64,000 bases of DNA from contig JBHGNT010000004.1 of assembly GCA_043228905.1 (NCBI GenBank), positions 1,364,001 to 1,428,000 on the forward strand, read 5' to 3'. Position 1 is the first letter of the stretch. The number at the start of each line of letters is the position of its first letter. This document shows positions 1 to 12,628 of this stretch, one piece after another. A program made the position numbers and the translations under genes. The DNA comes from Azolla caroliniana. Taxonomy: Eukaryota; Plantae; Polypodiophyta. Under the pieces are notes generated by a model. It did not search any database. It worked only from the letters and a program-made list of their open reading frames with translations, and was not told where the DNA came from.

Positions 1-435
1 TCAAATTGTCTGTCTAAATCAGTCTTTTTTATGTTGACTTGCCTTACTTTTTAAAAAAAACATGCCCTAATTATAGGTGTTTTATGACATACTATAGCTT
101 AAAAGAGTAGAAAATAACCCACAAATTACCTTTATGATAGCAAATTCTCCTCAATATAGGTTTGGAATCTATATAAGTCATACCTCCTCTTTAAAAGAAT
201 ATATAACCCTGTTTACTTATTACGATATATATTTTCTAGTTTGAATAGCCCTGCCTAGAATAGATTTTTGAATATAGGACTACCATGTACTCTGAATGCA
301 TGATTGATATTTTCACTTGACCACTAATCGCCTGTTAGTGAGAATTGTTCTTCATCTTCTTATTTATATTTTAATATACAACCTTAATCTACGTGACCAC
401 CTAACTTATGTTTTTGCATGTACTTTCTTAAATAG

Positions 436-3400
436 GTCGTTTGAGAACCTGTCGGACCGACCCGTGAAGAAAATAAAGCTTCGCATATAGGGTTCTCCAA
501 TCGAAGCCCAGACCAAGGTAGCTCCTAAGACCATGAAGAGAGGAAAAAAGCTTCTCTTCAACGTGGAGACAAAATCTCAACCACACATTAACGTTAGCCA
601 AAAGAAACTTGTCGCCGCTACTGGAGGTGAACACCTTCCTGACCGTGATCTAACGGACAAGGAATGGTGTATGCAATATGTCGACTCAAAGAAAAAAGTC
701 GTATTGTATACAACAAAGAAGAAGGGGGAGGGGCAACTTGGAAAGGAAACCCCATTTATGTATGGCCGTATTCTACGATTTGACTACGAAGATGCAGATT
801 CAGCCAACATACTGGTAATGATAGAGAGCTCCAAGGGGGTACGTAAAGTGTTCCTTTCAGAAGATCTTTTAGTAAAGGAATCTTGTGGGCCAGAAGCGTT
901 CAAAAAAGATCTTGAAAGCTCACAAAACCTTATTGTTACCTTGAGGCCTTATATACAAGGCCATGTAACTCTAAGAGATGAAGTGCCCTCCCCATTAAAG
1001 GCCACAAAAAGGGTATCTAAAGTCCAGTCAAGACCACCAAAGAAGAAGACAACCAAAATGTCGGACACCGATTCAACAAGTGAAAACGAAGAGGAGGACA
1101 ATAAGGGGACGCCAAGAGCTGAGCTGGCATCGGGTGTTTTGTCATCCGAGCAGAATAAGATAAGGAGAGAGTTAATGCAGCGTAAACTGGTCAGGAAAGG
1201 GCAAGTGTTTAATTTGCCTATAACACACATCCATCGGCCCCCTATTGATGAAAAAACAGGTCGATGACCACTTGAGAATAGAGAGCCACACCGCATACAT
1301 GTTCAAAATCTCAAGAAAAAAATGAAAATTAATCCTCATGCCACTGTGGTGCCTTTTATTGTTATGGTAGATCCTGAAGAATGTGAAACCATTGAAGATT
1401 TTGATATTAGAAAGCATGATCAATATAATTACTTTGTCATTGGTCGATCGCATTCAGCGGAGGCACGTCGGCAATTTGTGAGAGAACATCCAATGACTTT
1501 CTTCTTCAAGTATGCCGAGTGCAAAATTTATGTTGGGCTCACAACCGAAGAGGCTAAGCTGTTGGCATGGGACCATAATAATGATAATGACTATAGGCAG
1601 AAAATGTCGTCCATTGAGCGTAGACGGTTCTTCCACCACGAGTATTTGGACGTGAAACAAAAGTTTGGTGTGAAGTTACATCCAGGCCTACGACGTCAAT
1701 GTCTGCATGAAGTCGGCATTGTTGTAGATGATAATGTTAAGTCCGATGGTCTTCGAAAATATGAGTCTTGGTTTCAATTGGCGTTTAGAGATGGAGAAGT
1801 ATGGGACCTACAAGATCAAATCTTCTCAATGTGGGAGAATAAGGAGGTAAAGGGTCAATGACAAAAGAAATGTAAGGTTGACCCTCAATTAGAGTTAAAG
1901 TCACAAGCCGCTAAGAAAATTGACTTGACAATTGAAGAAGTGGCAGACGACATGAAGTTGTCTCTGTGGAGAGCGATGCAAGGTATTAAGGACGAGCAGC
2001 TTCTTGTGTCTGTTTTGTCAAGGGTTGTGGCGAAAGATTTAAGCCTTGAAGAAATGGTCATTGAGTTCAATAAGTAAGTCTTTCAAATATTGAAATTGTA
2101 GTCTATATGGTGTAATTCAAAGTTCTAATCTTGATTTCTAATTTTACAGTCATAAGGTGTACATGAAGATCCAAGAAGTTATGATGAAACAACTTGGATG
2201 TATAACTTGGGAACAAGTGACCGAGGATTATCCTCTAACGTCTTCATATAAGGCGTTATCAGAGTATTTTATTGCATTCAAGGATTGGGTTAGTATTGAT
2301 GGTTTTTCATTACCCTTTTATTATATGTAGAGCTTGTATAATAATACATGATGTCCTATTGCTTCTATTAGAAACCGTGTCGAGGCAAGAAACAAGGAGA
2401 AGTTAAGAATATACACGATTTCCTTACATCCTTCCTTGCACATCTTGAGCGAGCCAGAAAAGAAAAGGATCGTCGCTTAGTCAAGGCGTATGAAATGGAG
2501 GAAGATGGCTCCTTTAAAAAATTTAGCCACAAAAAAGATATTACAAGAGATCTTTACTACAATGTGGTTTGCGGTGATGTCGTCGACTTGATCCAAAAGT
2601 TGCCAAAGAAGGAATATACGCTAATGATTGCAAATATTCCTTACGGATTTCGAATGGCTGGATCATCATACGACGATGAACCGTTTAGGTTTAAACAATT
2701 GGAGAAGATGGTCAAGGATTTCGCTGAGCTAACGACTGCATCCTTGTGGCGAATAGTTGTCTTTCATAGTATGGACCAAGGGTACTCGGTAGCTCAAGCT
2801 TTGAGATGTCGTTGCCATGGCATCGAGAAACTTGCATGGTAAGGATTATTTATAAGTGTCTTTCACTATATTGCATTTCTTAAGGTTGTTCAATCTATTC
2901 TTAACTCGATGTATTATTTTTTATAGGATCAAGACCAATGTAAATAGAGGGCCAACTTTTCGGTTCGTTAATGCCATTGAATACATCACGGTTGGCTACT
3001 TCAATGAAATTAAGAAACAGAGAATCAAGGAGCATTCTAATAAAGTGGGAGGTTCAAATCTGTTGGTATATCCAACAGTGACACAGAAATTGCGACATGT
3101 CACCACGACAGAACGGGGACTTGTCAACCCATATCAAAAACCTCAAGGACTTATGATGTGCTTAATCGAGATGTTTTCTATCGAAGGAGACTGGATATTA
3201 GATCTCTTTCCTGGCACAGGTATTCCTTGAACTAGGGTAACGATCTTGAGATAACCAATACCGAATCTTTTTTGTTTGACAACTAAATCTTCTTGTTACT
3301 TACTTCACAGGAACGACATCTACATGTGCATTGAAGTTCTTTAGAAATACAGTTGCATTGGAGAAGGACGAGGAGTAGGTTATATTTATTAATATGCAGA

Positions 3401-3663
3401 TTAAGGCTTTGTGGGAGTGCCCAGACCAGGATGAGGAGGTCGGTGCAAAGAACCTCGCTAATACAGAAAGGTTTCAACCTGCTTCGCGAGAGCCTATTCC
3501 TCCGTTAGCCGGCGAACCGGGGGAGCTAATAGAGCTTGATGATGAGCTTATAGAAGATATTTCGTTGGCTCGGCTAACAGGGGAAGCCAATGCACGTATA
3601 ACCGAAGAGAGTTCTACACAAGATGATGAAGAAAATGACGTTGATGAATTGATTGCTATGTAA
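436..3663 (+). pseudogene. Intron-containing ParB-like domain + beta-class N4-cytosine/N6-adenine DNA methyltransferase fusion gene, inactivated by in-frame stops
   Basis: Exons 436-2073, 2150-2288, 2372-2838, 2927-3219 and 3311-3663 join in frame across GT-AG introns. ParB-like motifs: FNLPITHIHRP, EIREP-like ENREP, FIVMV and YFVIGRSH (1436-1453). MTase motifs in beta order: catalytic NIPY (2633-2644), LAW|IKTN, NPYQKP (3126-3143), then SAM-binding GDWILDLFPGT|GTT...RNTVALEKD. Stops at 488 (TAG), 1265 (TGA), 1859 (TGA) and 3376 (TAG). An acceptor at 434-435 suggests more exons lie upstream. Confidence 0.8.
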
Positions 3664-3793
3664 TAGACTATTTGTTATGATGTTGTTATTATGGATCTTT
3701 GTCTTCTATTGTTAAAACTATTATGTTTCTATTCCATTGCTGCTTAGATTGTGTAGTGTGTTGATAATGGTTCCACTTGCGTTATCGTTCGGA

Positions 3794-4070
3794 GTTTGAT
3801 CCTGTGTGAATCACCTAAGCAATAGAGTAGATCAATTTTAAATACAGGTATGAAAGCCTTATTAGGTTTGTTATTTCCACAACATTATCCTAAAGTTCAT
3901 TGCCTTACATTGTCCACAATTATATACATATGGTTTGATCCCATATGAACAAACTGAGGAATAGATTAGATTAACTTTAAATACAAGTATTGAATACTTT
4001 AATAAGTTAGTTATTCCAATCACTTATCCTAATGTGCACTATCCTACATTTTCCACAATTATATACATGC
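3794..4070. repeat. Diverged tandem duplication, ~139 bp unit x2
   Basis: Both units start gtttgatcc and end tccacaattatatacat (about 3794 and 3933). Confidence 0.65.
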
Positions 4071-4461
4071 ACGTATGGGTCAAAGTATAAATTATAACTC
4101 ATTTTATTAGTATGGATACAAGTACACCTCATATTTTTGTAAAACTTACCTAATTAATATAAGTCTTTAAGTTAGTGTTTCCCTTGTCGCACAGTAGTGA
4201 CATATTGAGTCATTGTTGAACTTTATTATGCCTACATTAACTTATCAACGCGTCTAAACTTGCATGATTTCTAATGATCTCCACTCGTAGACCTATCATG
4301 TATTTTTATATTTGCAAATTCTCATCAAGTTGAGGAACATGTGATACTAGTGCATCCAATTTTTTTAGAGAGGGTGTATTTGCTTCGTTTTAAGAAGATT
4401 CTACAAGTGGAATGCGCAATCCTTCCACTTGTGAACGCGAACGTGTTACCCACAAAACGCC

Positions 4462-7400
4462 TTGAAATGGCTAGGTATAGGGCTCAAGACAGTGGAAAAA
4501 ATAAGGGTACATGTATCAACGGTGCACAATAACGGAGTTCCGACGACCTCAATCTCCTTTCCACTCTTGCTTCCGACTCGGGAAGATTGGTCGAAATCCA
4601 AGATTAAAGATATGTTATGTAGCCAAGCAGCGTGCTTTGTAGCACAAATAAGAGATGAAGAGCTCATGAATGAACTAAAGCAAAATTGGCATAACACTGA
4701 ATTCTGGTGCACCATGGATGAAGATGACCCCCATCTTTGCCACATCCACCTGCGGACTATCATAAACACCCAACTAACTCCAAGCTTTGTCTATTTCTAT
4801 GAGAAGCATGAAGGGGCGATTGAAGCTCACAAGATAGCCCACAAACTCCACTTATGGATGTGGACCACTATTCCATCCTTGGAAATGATTGGATGCCTAA
4901 ATGGTGAGTGCTCCCCACTCATGACCTGTTGTACAAAGCACTAGGCACAACTGGCAACCTCCCACCCCATTCCATGAGTATGAAGATTATAACATGGAAC
5001 GTGCAAGGACTCAGAAGTAGACTAGACCAGCAAAATAGATGGAAACTTAGAAGGGATCTTGAAGAATATTTACTAGGGAGTGGTGCTGACATCATCATGT
5101 TGCAGGAACACCACCTCGATAGCACATAGTTAAAGGAAGTCGGAGACCTTCTACCAGGATCATGGCGAACGATTTGGGAGCCAACAATTGGGGAGGATGG
5201 AAATCATGGTGGTATTTGCAATTTGATTCGGGAACATCTAGCCCAAGGCTTAATACACCAAGAATCACTTATACCTGGTAGGGCACATTTTTGCACGCTG
5301 ACCATCCAAGGGCAACGATGGAACTTCATGAATGTTTATGCTCCAAATAACAGAACAAAAAGAGCAACATTCTGGGACCGCATCCGCCTACAAGTAGTGG
5401 GTGCGGAAGAGTGGTGCATTGGAGGGGATTTTAATATGATCGAATCCATTCATGATAGCTCCAACAACCACCCCATAGTTCTACAAGGAAGGGAACGCAA
5501 ACAATGGGAGAAGCTATGTGTCCACCTTAACCTGCGAGACATTTGGCATTCTGCCAACTTCCAACAGAAAAGGGATTCTCTCCTATTCTCCCGATCAGAC
5601 GGGCGGAATAGTGGACCCACCCTATCTCGCATTGACCGCATTTATGTGGGGGAGGCTTTAGAAGCGAAGGGAGGGTGGTGTCGCATAACTCCAGGCACGA
5701 CTTTCTCTGACCATTACCCGGTAGTTGGTCATTTTCAATTGCACCGAAAATGGGGCCCATTCCAGACTCGCATCCCACACACTATTTACACACTTATAGA
5801 CGTGAAGGACCAACTATCCAACCAATGGTCATTACTCGTCAATGGCTCATCAGCATCAGACAAACTTTTAGCTAAATTAACAAGAGCCTCTACTCTCCTA
5901 CATGAGATTGTCAAGTCCAGACGCAAGGATGCTCAGGAGAAGCGACAGAGGACAAAACGGGGACTAATAGCCTTACAACGACTCCAACAGAGATACTCAT
6001 CCTGTATTTCGATCGCAGGACAAGTCGTCGCGGCCAAACAGGAACTTAGCATGGCAAAAAAGGCAATATATGACATGGAGTTTCATGGCAGAATGGCACG
6101 ATGGATTCGAGTAGGGGACAAAACCACAAAGGAATTCTTCCGCTCCAAAGGCCCGAGGCACGCTAGAACTGTGATGCACAGCCTCAACCGGGAGGATGGA
6201 ACGACCACTGAGGATGGCGACGAAATGAGGAATATTGCCACAAGGTATTATAGCCGCCTACTTACCGAAGACATGATAGCTACAAGGGAAGACATAAGCG
6301 ATGATATTATCCTCCAAAGCATACCCGAGAAAGTCACACCGGAAATGAATACACGGCTCGTGTGTCCCCTATCAATCATTGAGATATGGGAGGCCCTCAC
6401 TGATTTAGATGCCGAGAGTTGCCCCGGAATTGACGGTCTCACCCCGCACTTTTTCACGTGCCTTTGGGGCACTATTAAAGAAGACCTCCTCCAGGCATAT
6501 GAGGACATCATCACCTTTGGAAGCATGCCAGAGGAATTTGGACAAGGGATGATACATCTCATTCCTAAAAGTGGTCGGAATGCCAACGACATTCACAAGT
6601 GGCGGCCCATTACTCTTCTCAATACTGTCTATAAGTTGCTTCCAAAAATCGTGGCACGCCGTTTAACTCCACTTCTCCCTCAACTCATTCATCCGTCCCA
6701 GACAGGTTTCGTTAGAAATCGGAGCATCCTAGACAACCTCTTCTCATTTTGGGAAGCAGTAGCCCTTGCCAAGCAGACCAACAAGAAGGTAGCGGTGGTG
6801 CTACTAGATTTTGAGAAAGCATATGACAGGGTATGTTGGAACTTTCTACAAAATGTGATGAGGAAATTCGGCTTTCAAGAGACATGGATCAAAGGCATTG
6901 CAGGATTTTATAGGAATGGCAGCAGTTGCGTTTTGCTGGCAGGTGAAAGGGGCCCCTTTTTCCGAATATCCCGCTCTGTACGGCAGGGATGCCCACTAGC
7001 TCCATCCTTATTTCTATTATACGTCGAAGCACTCTCTTGCTTTCTCAACTCGCAGCATCTCAAGCTACGTGGTCTTCCCATACCTCATTCTTACCAAAGC
7101 ATCCTGGATATAGAATTTGCAGATGACACAACAGTCTACCTGCAAGGGGACTTGGAAAACCTCCAAAAGCTAGAAAGTGGGCTAGTTTTATTTTGCAAGC
7201 GATCCAACGCCATGATCAATTGGCACAAATCCTATGCAATATGGCTCTCTCAGGAAACACATCCGGCGTGGCACCCACACCCCGCTTTCAAGTGGATCAA
7301 TCAAGGAGCGAGCACCAAATATTTGGGCTTCCAAATTGGTTTCAACATACCGCCGGAGACTATGATTGCACCCGTTATCCTTTCCATTCGACAAAAGATG

Positions 7401-9350
7401 ATACATTGGAGCTCTAAAAAATTGTCGCTAGCATGTCGCATCATAGTGGCAAATCAGGTACTCCTCGCAACAGCATGGTACAGTCTATCATGCTGGACAA
7501 TCTCCAAAGAAAGTATACATCAAATTCAACGACTGGTCCGCAACTACATTTGGTCTGGTAAGGAAGACCATGTAGCTCGCGCCAAGGTGGCATGGCCTAT
7601 ACTCACAATGCCTAAGTCGAGAGGGGGATTGGGTCTTATTGATCCCCTTTCACAATCGAAAGCCTTACTTGCTAAATTTGTGGTGTGAGGACTCCAACCA
7701 GGAAATGATTGTTGGAAAATGCTACTGAGGTTACGTTTCGCTTACTTTAGGCCACGAAAAGGGGTCAATTGGGCCCCCCAAACGGGATGGATTCTAAACA
7801 TGGATCTCAAACCTAGTTTCTCCCGCCATTTGGAGGACAGATTCAGTGCATCCATGTGGAAGGCATGGTGTGACATTCGTCGAGGGCTCCAGTGTGATCA
7901 ACCGAGATCCGAACCTGCCTGGCTCAGTCAACGTATCCTATGGAACCCATGTCTCAAGGATGAATCTAATCAACTATTGGGATCACGTAAGGGGTTGTCA
8001 TGGGGATACATTGCAGAAGGTCTAGGCAAAAGTATAGAATGTTGGCGACGTTTTATGTCAATGCCACTACAAGATCAAGCAAACATACTCCATGGAATCA
8101 GGGGCGGATGGACTATGAGATCAGAAATCATTAATGCGCTACTGATTAGGGAATCTGCTACTCAAAGGACGACAATGGAGAAATGGATAGGCCACGAGGA
8201 GGAGGGTTCTCTGATCCCGAGAGGTAGGGGATCACCAGACAGACTCGAAGGCCTTGAATTGCGAGACACTGAGACACCCACACAGAATAATGCCATTCGA
8301 GTACTCGCGTACACTGTTCATAAATGGATTGTAGATCCTAATCCGATCAAAGTACAACCCGATTGGCATATATGTACTCATGAAAACACATGGCTACGTA
8401 AGGTCAGTTGGGACCCTTTGCAATGGACATGGCGTGATCCCTACGCGGAGCAAGGAAGCAAACCCATCCCTTTCTTCCAATTCCCAACTAGATTGGGTCG
8501 CCACATTCTAGCTGCTCAAGCCGCCCGAGAACCGGCTACTGCGAAGGTCTGGCACACATTTCAAGTTCCCTCCGCAATAATCACCAAGTTTTGGCAGAAA
8601 ATCTGGAAGCAACAACACGCGAGGCGAATTACCACTTTCCAATGGTTGTTAATACATAAGTCCCTACCGGTGGGAGCATGGCAACGTGGGAACCTTAGCT
8701 CTCCTAATTGTGTAGAGTGCCCACATGCAGTAGAATCCATACGACACGCTCTGTGGGACTGCCCAATGTCCCATAGAATATGGCGGGGGGTTGGCCGCTT
8801 GTTGCAATTATGCTAGGTGCAAGGTTCAATCAAGTGGGGAAATATATGTTGGCTATCATGGCAGGCTGCAATTGGCCGATACGAGCATCAGGAGGAGGCC
8901 CGATGACTTTGGTGATAAAAGCACAAGAGGTCCTTTTCTCCTCCAGCGGCAATGTCCACTCTATTCCTCTTAATGACAAATCTCAAGAGGTGTTGGAATT
9001 GGTCAGCCCAATAACCCTTTGGATTCTATGGAAACAACGATGTAGGCGAGTCTTCTCCAACCAAACCGCCCATCCAACAAGGTTACTGCAAGAGATATGG
9101 AGTGAAATTGTAGCCACTCTGAAGAGCCAATATGATGGCCTTAGGGGCGGCTCTGATGGAGTTGAAAGACAACGAATAGCCTTCATCCAACAATGGTCGT
9201 CCTCTCCCTTTCTTGAGTCAGTGGGCTTCCACATTAGATGGAACTATCGCGTCCCTTTAGGGATTTGTACATAATCGTCTCATTTATAAAATTTTATAAC
9301 TAATGAAAGGAGTCTTTTTTTTTGAAATAAAAAATAAAAAATAAAAATAA
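4462..9350 (+). mobile_element. L1/Tx1-clade LINE, probably 5'-truncated, with few disabling mutations
   Basis: ORF1 remnant 4462-4944, ORF2 from 4974 to 9274, then a short 3' UTR ending in a T-tract and an A-rich tail (9314-9350). Confidence 0.9.
4974..9274 (+). pseudogene. LINE ORF2: AP endonuclease, reverse transcriptase, zf-RVT
   Basis: APE motifs ITWNVQGL, MLQEHH, NVYAPN, GGDFN, SRIDR, SDHYP. RT motifs WRPITLLN, LDFEKAYDRV, RQGCPLAP, FADD. Zinc finger CVECPHAVESIRHALWDC. Stops at 5127, 7686 and 8814, and a frameshift near 8900. Confidence 0.92.
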
Positions 9351-9508
9351 TTGAAAATAATGTTTTGGATTTATACATACGCGAGAGAATGAAACAAAGA
9401 ATGCATTATCTCTTGCAAAGAATATTACGAAATTCTTTGAAGATCACTTTGCTATGCGAGATGTTATTGTATATGTTGCACATAGGGTTGGAAAAAAGCA
9501 ACTAGAGG

Positions 9509-9944
9509 TAACAATCGGCAACGGTTCGGTTCGGTTTGGAACCGAACCGTTAAAAAAAATTAACCTGAACCGAACCACGAAACTGTTAAACCGAACCGGT
9601 AAACATTTTTCAAACCGTTAAACCATTACACCGTAAAAACCGCAGTTTCGTGGTTCGGTTTCAGTTTTCAACATAGGTCAATTTTTATTTTATTTTATTT
9701 TTTTTTAAATTTTTTAAATTTTTAAGATGTTCCTAAAATGTGAGAATAAGGTCTAAAAATGAAAAGATTCTTTAAAAACAATTTTAAAATTTTTTTAGAT
9801 TTTTTAAATTTTTACAATTTTAAAAATTAAAAATAAAAAACCGTTAAACCGTTTAAACCCCGGTTTTTGACTGTTGAAACCGAACCGAACCGTTGAAACC
9901 GTTAAATCACGGTTCGGTTCAAACCGAACCGTTGCCAATTGTTA
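9509..9944. mobile_element. Non-autonomous hAT-type MITE, copy 1
   Basis: TIRs taacaatcggcaacggttcgg / ccgaaccgttgccaattgtta. Perfect 8-bp TSD actagagg (9501-9508 and 9945-9952). Subterminal aaccg repeats and an AT-rich core. Confidence 0.9.
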
Positions 9945-11555
9945 ACTAGAGGGAAAGTCATCTCAAACTATTGTTTGTACAATCCTAAATGAACGTAAAA
10001 GGGCTATCATTCTAGATAGTAGTAAGGTGTACTTAAAAGGGACAAGTTTCTTTGTAACGGAGGATAGAAGTCCACAAGAGCAAGAATGTAGAAGGCAAGC
10101 ATATGCATCTAGGAAAGCAAATCAAAATGCATAACAAGCAACAAACTATAAAAATTGAAAATAATATTTTGGAATTATAGAGGATATCCATGGAATAAAG
10201 GTTTAGGACTCAATGATCTAGCTCAAGGTATGGATATTATATCTTTGGCTAAAACATGGGGACATGAGCCAAAATGTATACCTAAGATAGATGGTTACCT
10301 CATAAAATCGATATGGCCTCACTCCAAAGGGAATATTGGGATGTCGGGATAACATGTATCTATCATGAGAGCTTAGCTCATTTTATCAAAGTATGGATTC
10401 TGAAATATGATGACTATAAGAGATACATATGGGTAGAGGTTAATTTGGGGAAAGAGAAGCAGAGTCTACATAGTTGCATGTTGCATTCCTCACAAAGACT
10501 CCAACTACTACAGTAGGTTCGGGTTAGATTGTGATGATCCTTTCACAGAATTATGTCATGATATACTTTAATTTGAGAAGCTTAGCAAAGTGTTAAATAT
10601 GGAAAATTCCAAAATGTGGAGGCATTTGAAGAAAATGTATTAGAACGTTGTTTATTACGCGACTTAAAGGATTGTGTCATGTCAATTTATGGAAAACTTT
10701 TAATACATATGCTAAATTGCACAAACTTGATTATCTTAAATGGTATATAGGCATTCCCCTTGACAAATATACGCCATGTTTACCATCCTCGAGTGGAGGA
10801 AGTATGGTTGATTACGCATTAATGCAAGCATGTGATATACCCTTGGTGCATGTGTTTAAAGTTGGTTCTCTATCTTTGGACTCAAACCATAAGCCATTAT
10901 ACTCAAAGCTTGTCATTCCACATTTCATCAATAGATGCCATGGAGTGGAGGAAAAGAGATGTATCATCCAATTTTGCTATGAAAAAACAAAGATATATGC
11001 GATTGAAGTGGAGAATCATTTGTTAATTTTTTTCTCTAAGCAATGATTTAAAGAAAATTGGCAACATTTGAAGGATATCATCATTACGGTTGGATATCAA
11101 TACTTTAAGAGGCATGTTGGTGGGCGTAAGATGTCTAGTTTTCCATGTTATTCTTGGTTTGATGATAAATGTAAGATGTATCTCAAATGGTTTAAGTCTA
11201 TAGAAGGGGAAAATGAAAGGATTGTTGCATGGCACCTATATAAGAAGATAGTATGGAGAAAGAAAATAAGATATTTCCAAATGCAATAGATGAAAAAGAA
11301 ACACTGAAGGGTAAGAAAGAAGATGTCAAAGGTCAAACCAAAATTAGCATGGGAACAATTCAAGGGTAAGAAAGAAGATATGAAAGGTCACTTTACAAAT
11401 GAAGAGATGTTAGAATATGTACAAAAGTTATATATGCATGAAGGTGTAATTCCTATGGTTGAGAAGATTGAAACACCATGCAATACATGTATCGATATTG
11501 ATGATGTCAGTAAGGGAATAAAGAAGATGACGAGTGGAAAAGCAGCAAATGTAAC

Positions 11556-12091
11556 TGTTAAAGTGTTTTTAGAATTCAAGCTATTGAACACTAGAAGAAT
11601 ATAATGTATAGAGCATTCACATTTGGAAGGCAAGAACACGAATCAAGATCTTGAGGAGAAGTCAAACTAAAAGGAGACATGGAGAAAAGTAAAAGGGGAA
11701 AAAGCAGAACATCATAAAACAATGTGAAACAAACACTTCCCTTTCGTTTAAAACCTAAATATCATGTTCAAATATGGATGGGAAAGCTCGTGAAGTGAGC
11801 TATGTTTAGAATTTTACATCTCTAAATTTGGAGATATGATGGTAATAAGGCTGTTGTGTCATAGCTAAAAATAGGAGATGAAAAACTTCTAAAAAGAGCA
11901 TGAAAAAGAAAGGAGAGGGAGCAAATTATCTCGTAGGGGATACCTTTGTAATAAGGGTAGGGGAGTAAGGTTGTGTTTTGGGGTTTTTGGTCTCTTTCTT
12001 TTGGTTTTTTGTTTCTCTTTCGTGTAGTGTGGTTGATGTGTTACCAAATAGATCTTTGGATTTTTATATCTTCTTTCTATTATCTTCATCA
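11556..12091. mobile_element. Solo LTR (536 bp) inside the LINE ORF2
   Basis: TG...CA termini and a 5-bp TSD gtaac/gtaat. Removing it restores the LINE frame GKAANVIYISSELLKW. Confidence 0.75.
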
Positions 12092-12628
12092 GTAATCTAC
12101 ATTTCAAGTGAGCTTTTAAAATGGACAAAGCCACATACTTGTCATTGGATAATAACAATTATAGAGCAAGCTATAAAACAAGGGTTTCCAAATGATTGGC
12201 TTATGAATTGGATTAAACCAATATTTAAAGCTTGAGATAAGAATCGAGTATCAAATTATCAGATAATAATGGTGAGCTCAACTATTGTTAAATTATATAG
12301 CACTATTATGAAGCAAAAGATTAACACATGCGCTGAAAGTACAAGCAAAAGAGCACTTGGGCAAGTATGATTTAGACCAAAACACTCCATTGTGGATCAT
12401 TTGGTTACATTGAAAGTAATAATGGAAGAGAGTCGACTACAAGGAAAAACACTTTATTGTTGTTTTGTTGATTTCAAGAAAGCAAGAAGTGAGTTTTGGA
12501 ATACCCAACCATGAAGTGCTTTTGATATCGTACCACAAGTGAGTTTTGGAATAGAATGGTAGAGATTGACATGTCATTAGACTACCGTGTTGATGTTGCA
12601 TGCATATATGAACAAGTTAAACGCCAAA

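Noticed and set aside
436-3378. Stops repaired by U-to-C RNA editing
   Set aside because: Reverse editing in ferns is organellar. This locus is nuclear, and neighbouring TEs show the same C-to-T decay.
436-3663. Bacterial contamination as the source of the MTase
   Set aside because: The gene has four spliceosomal introns and is contiguous with plant TEs and genes.
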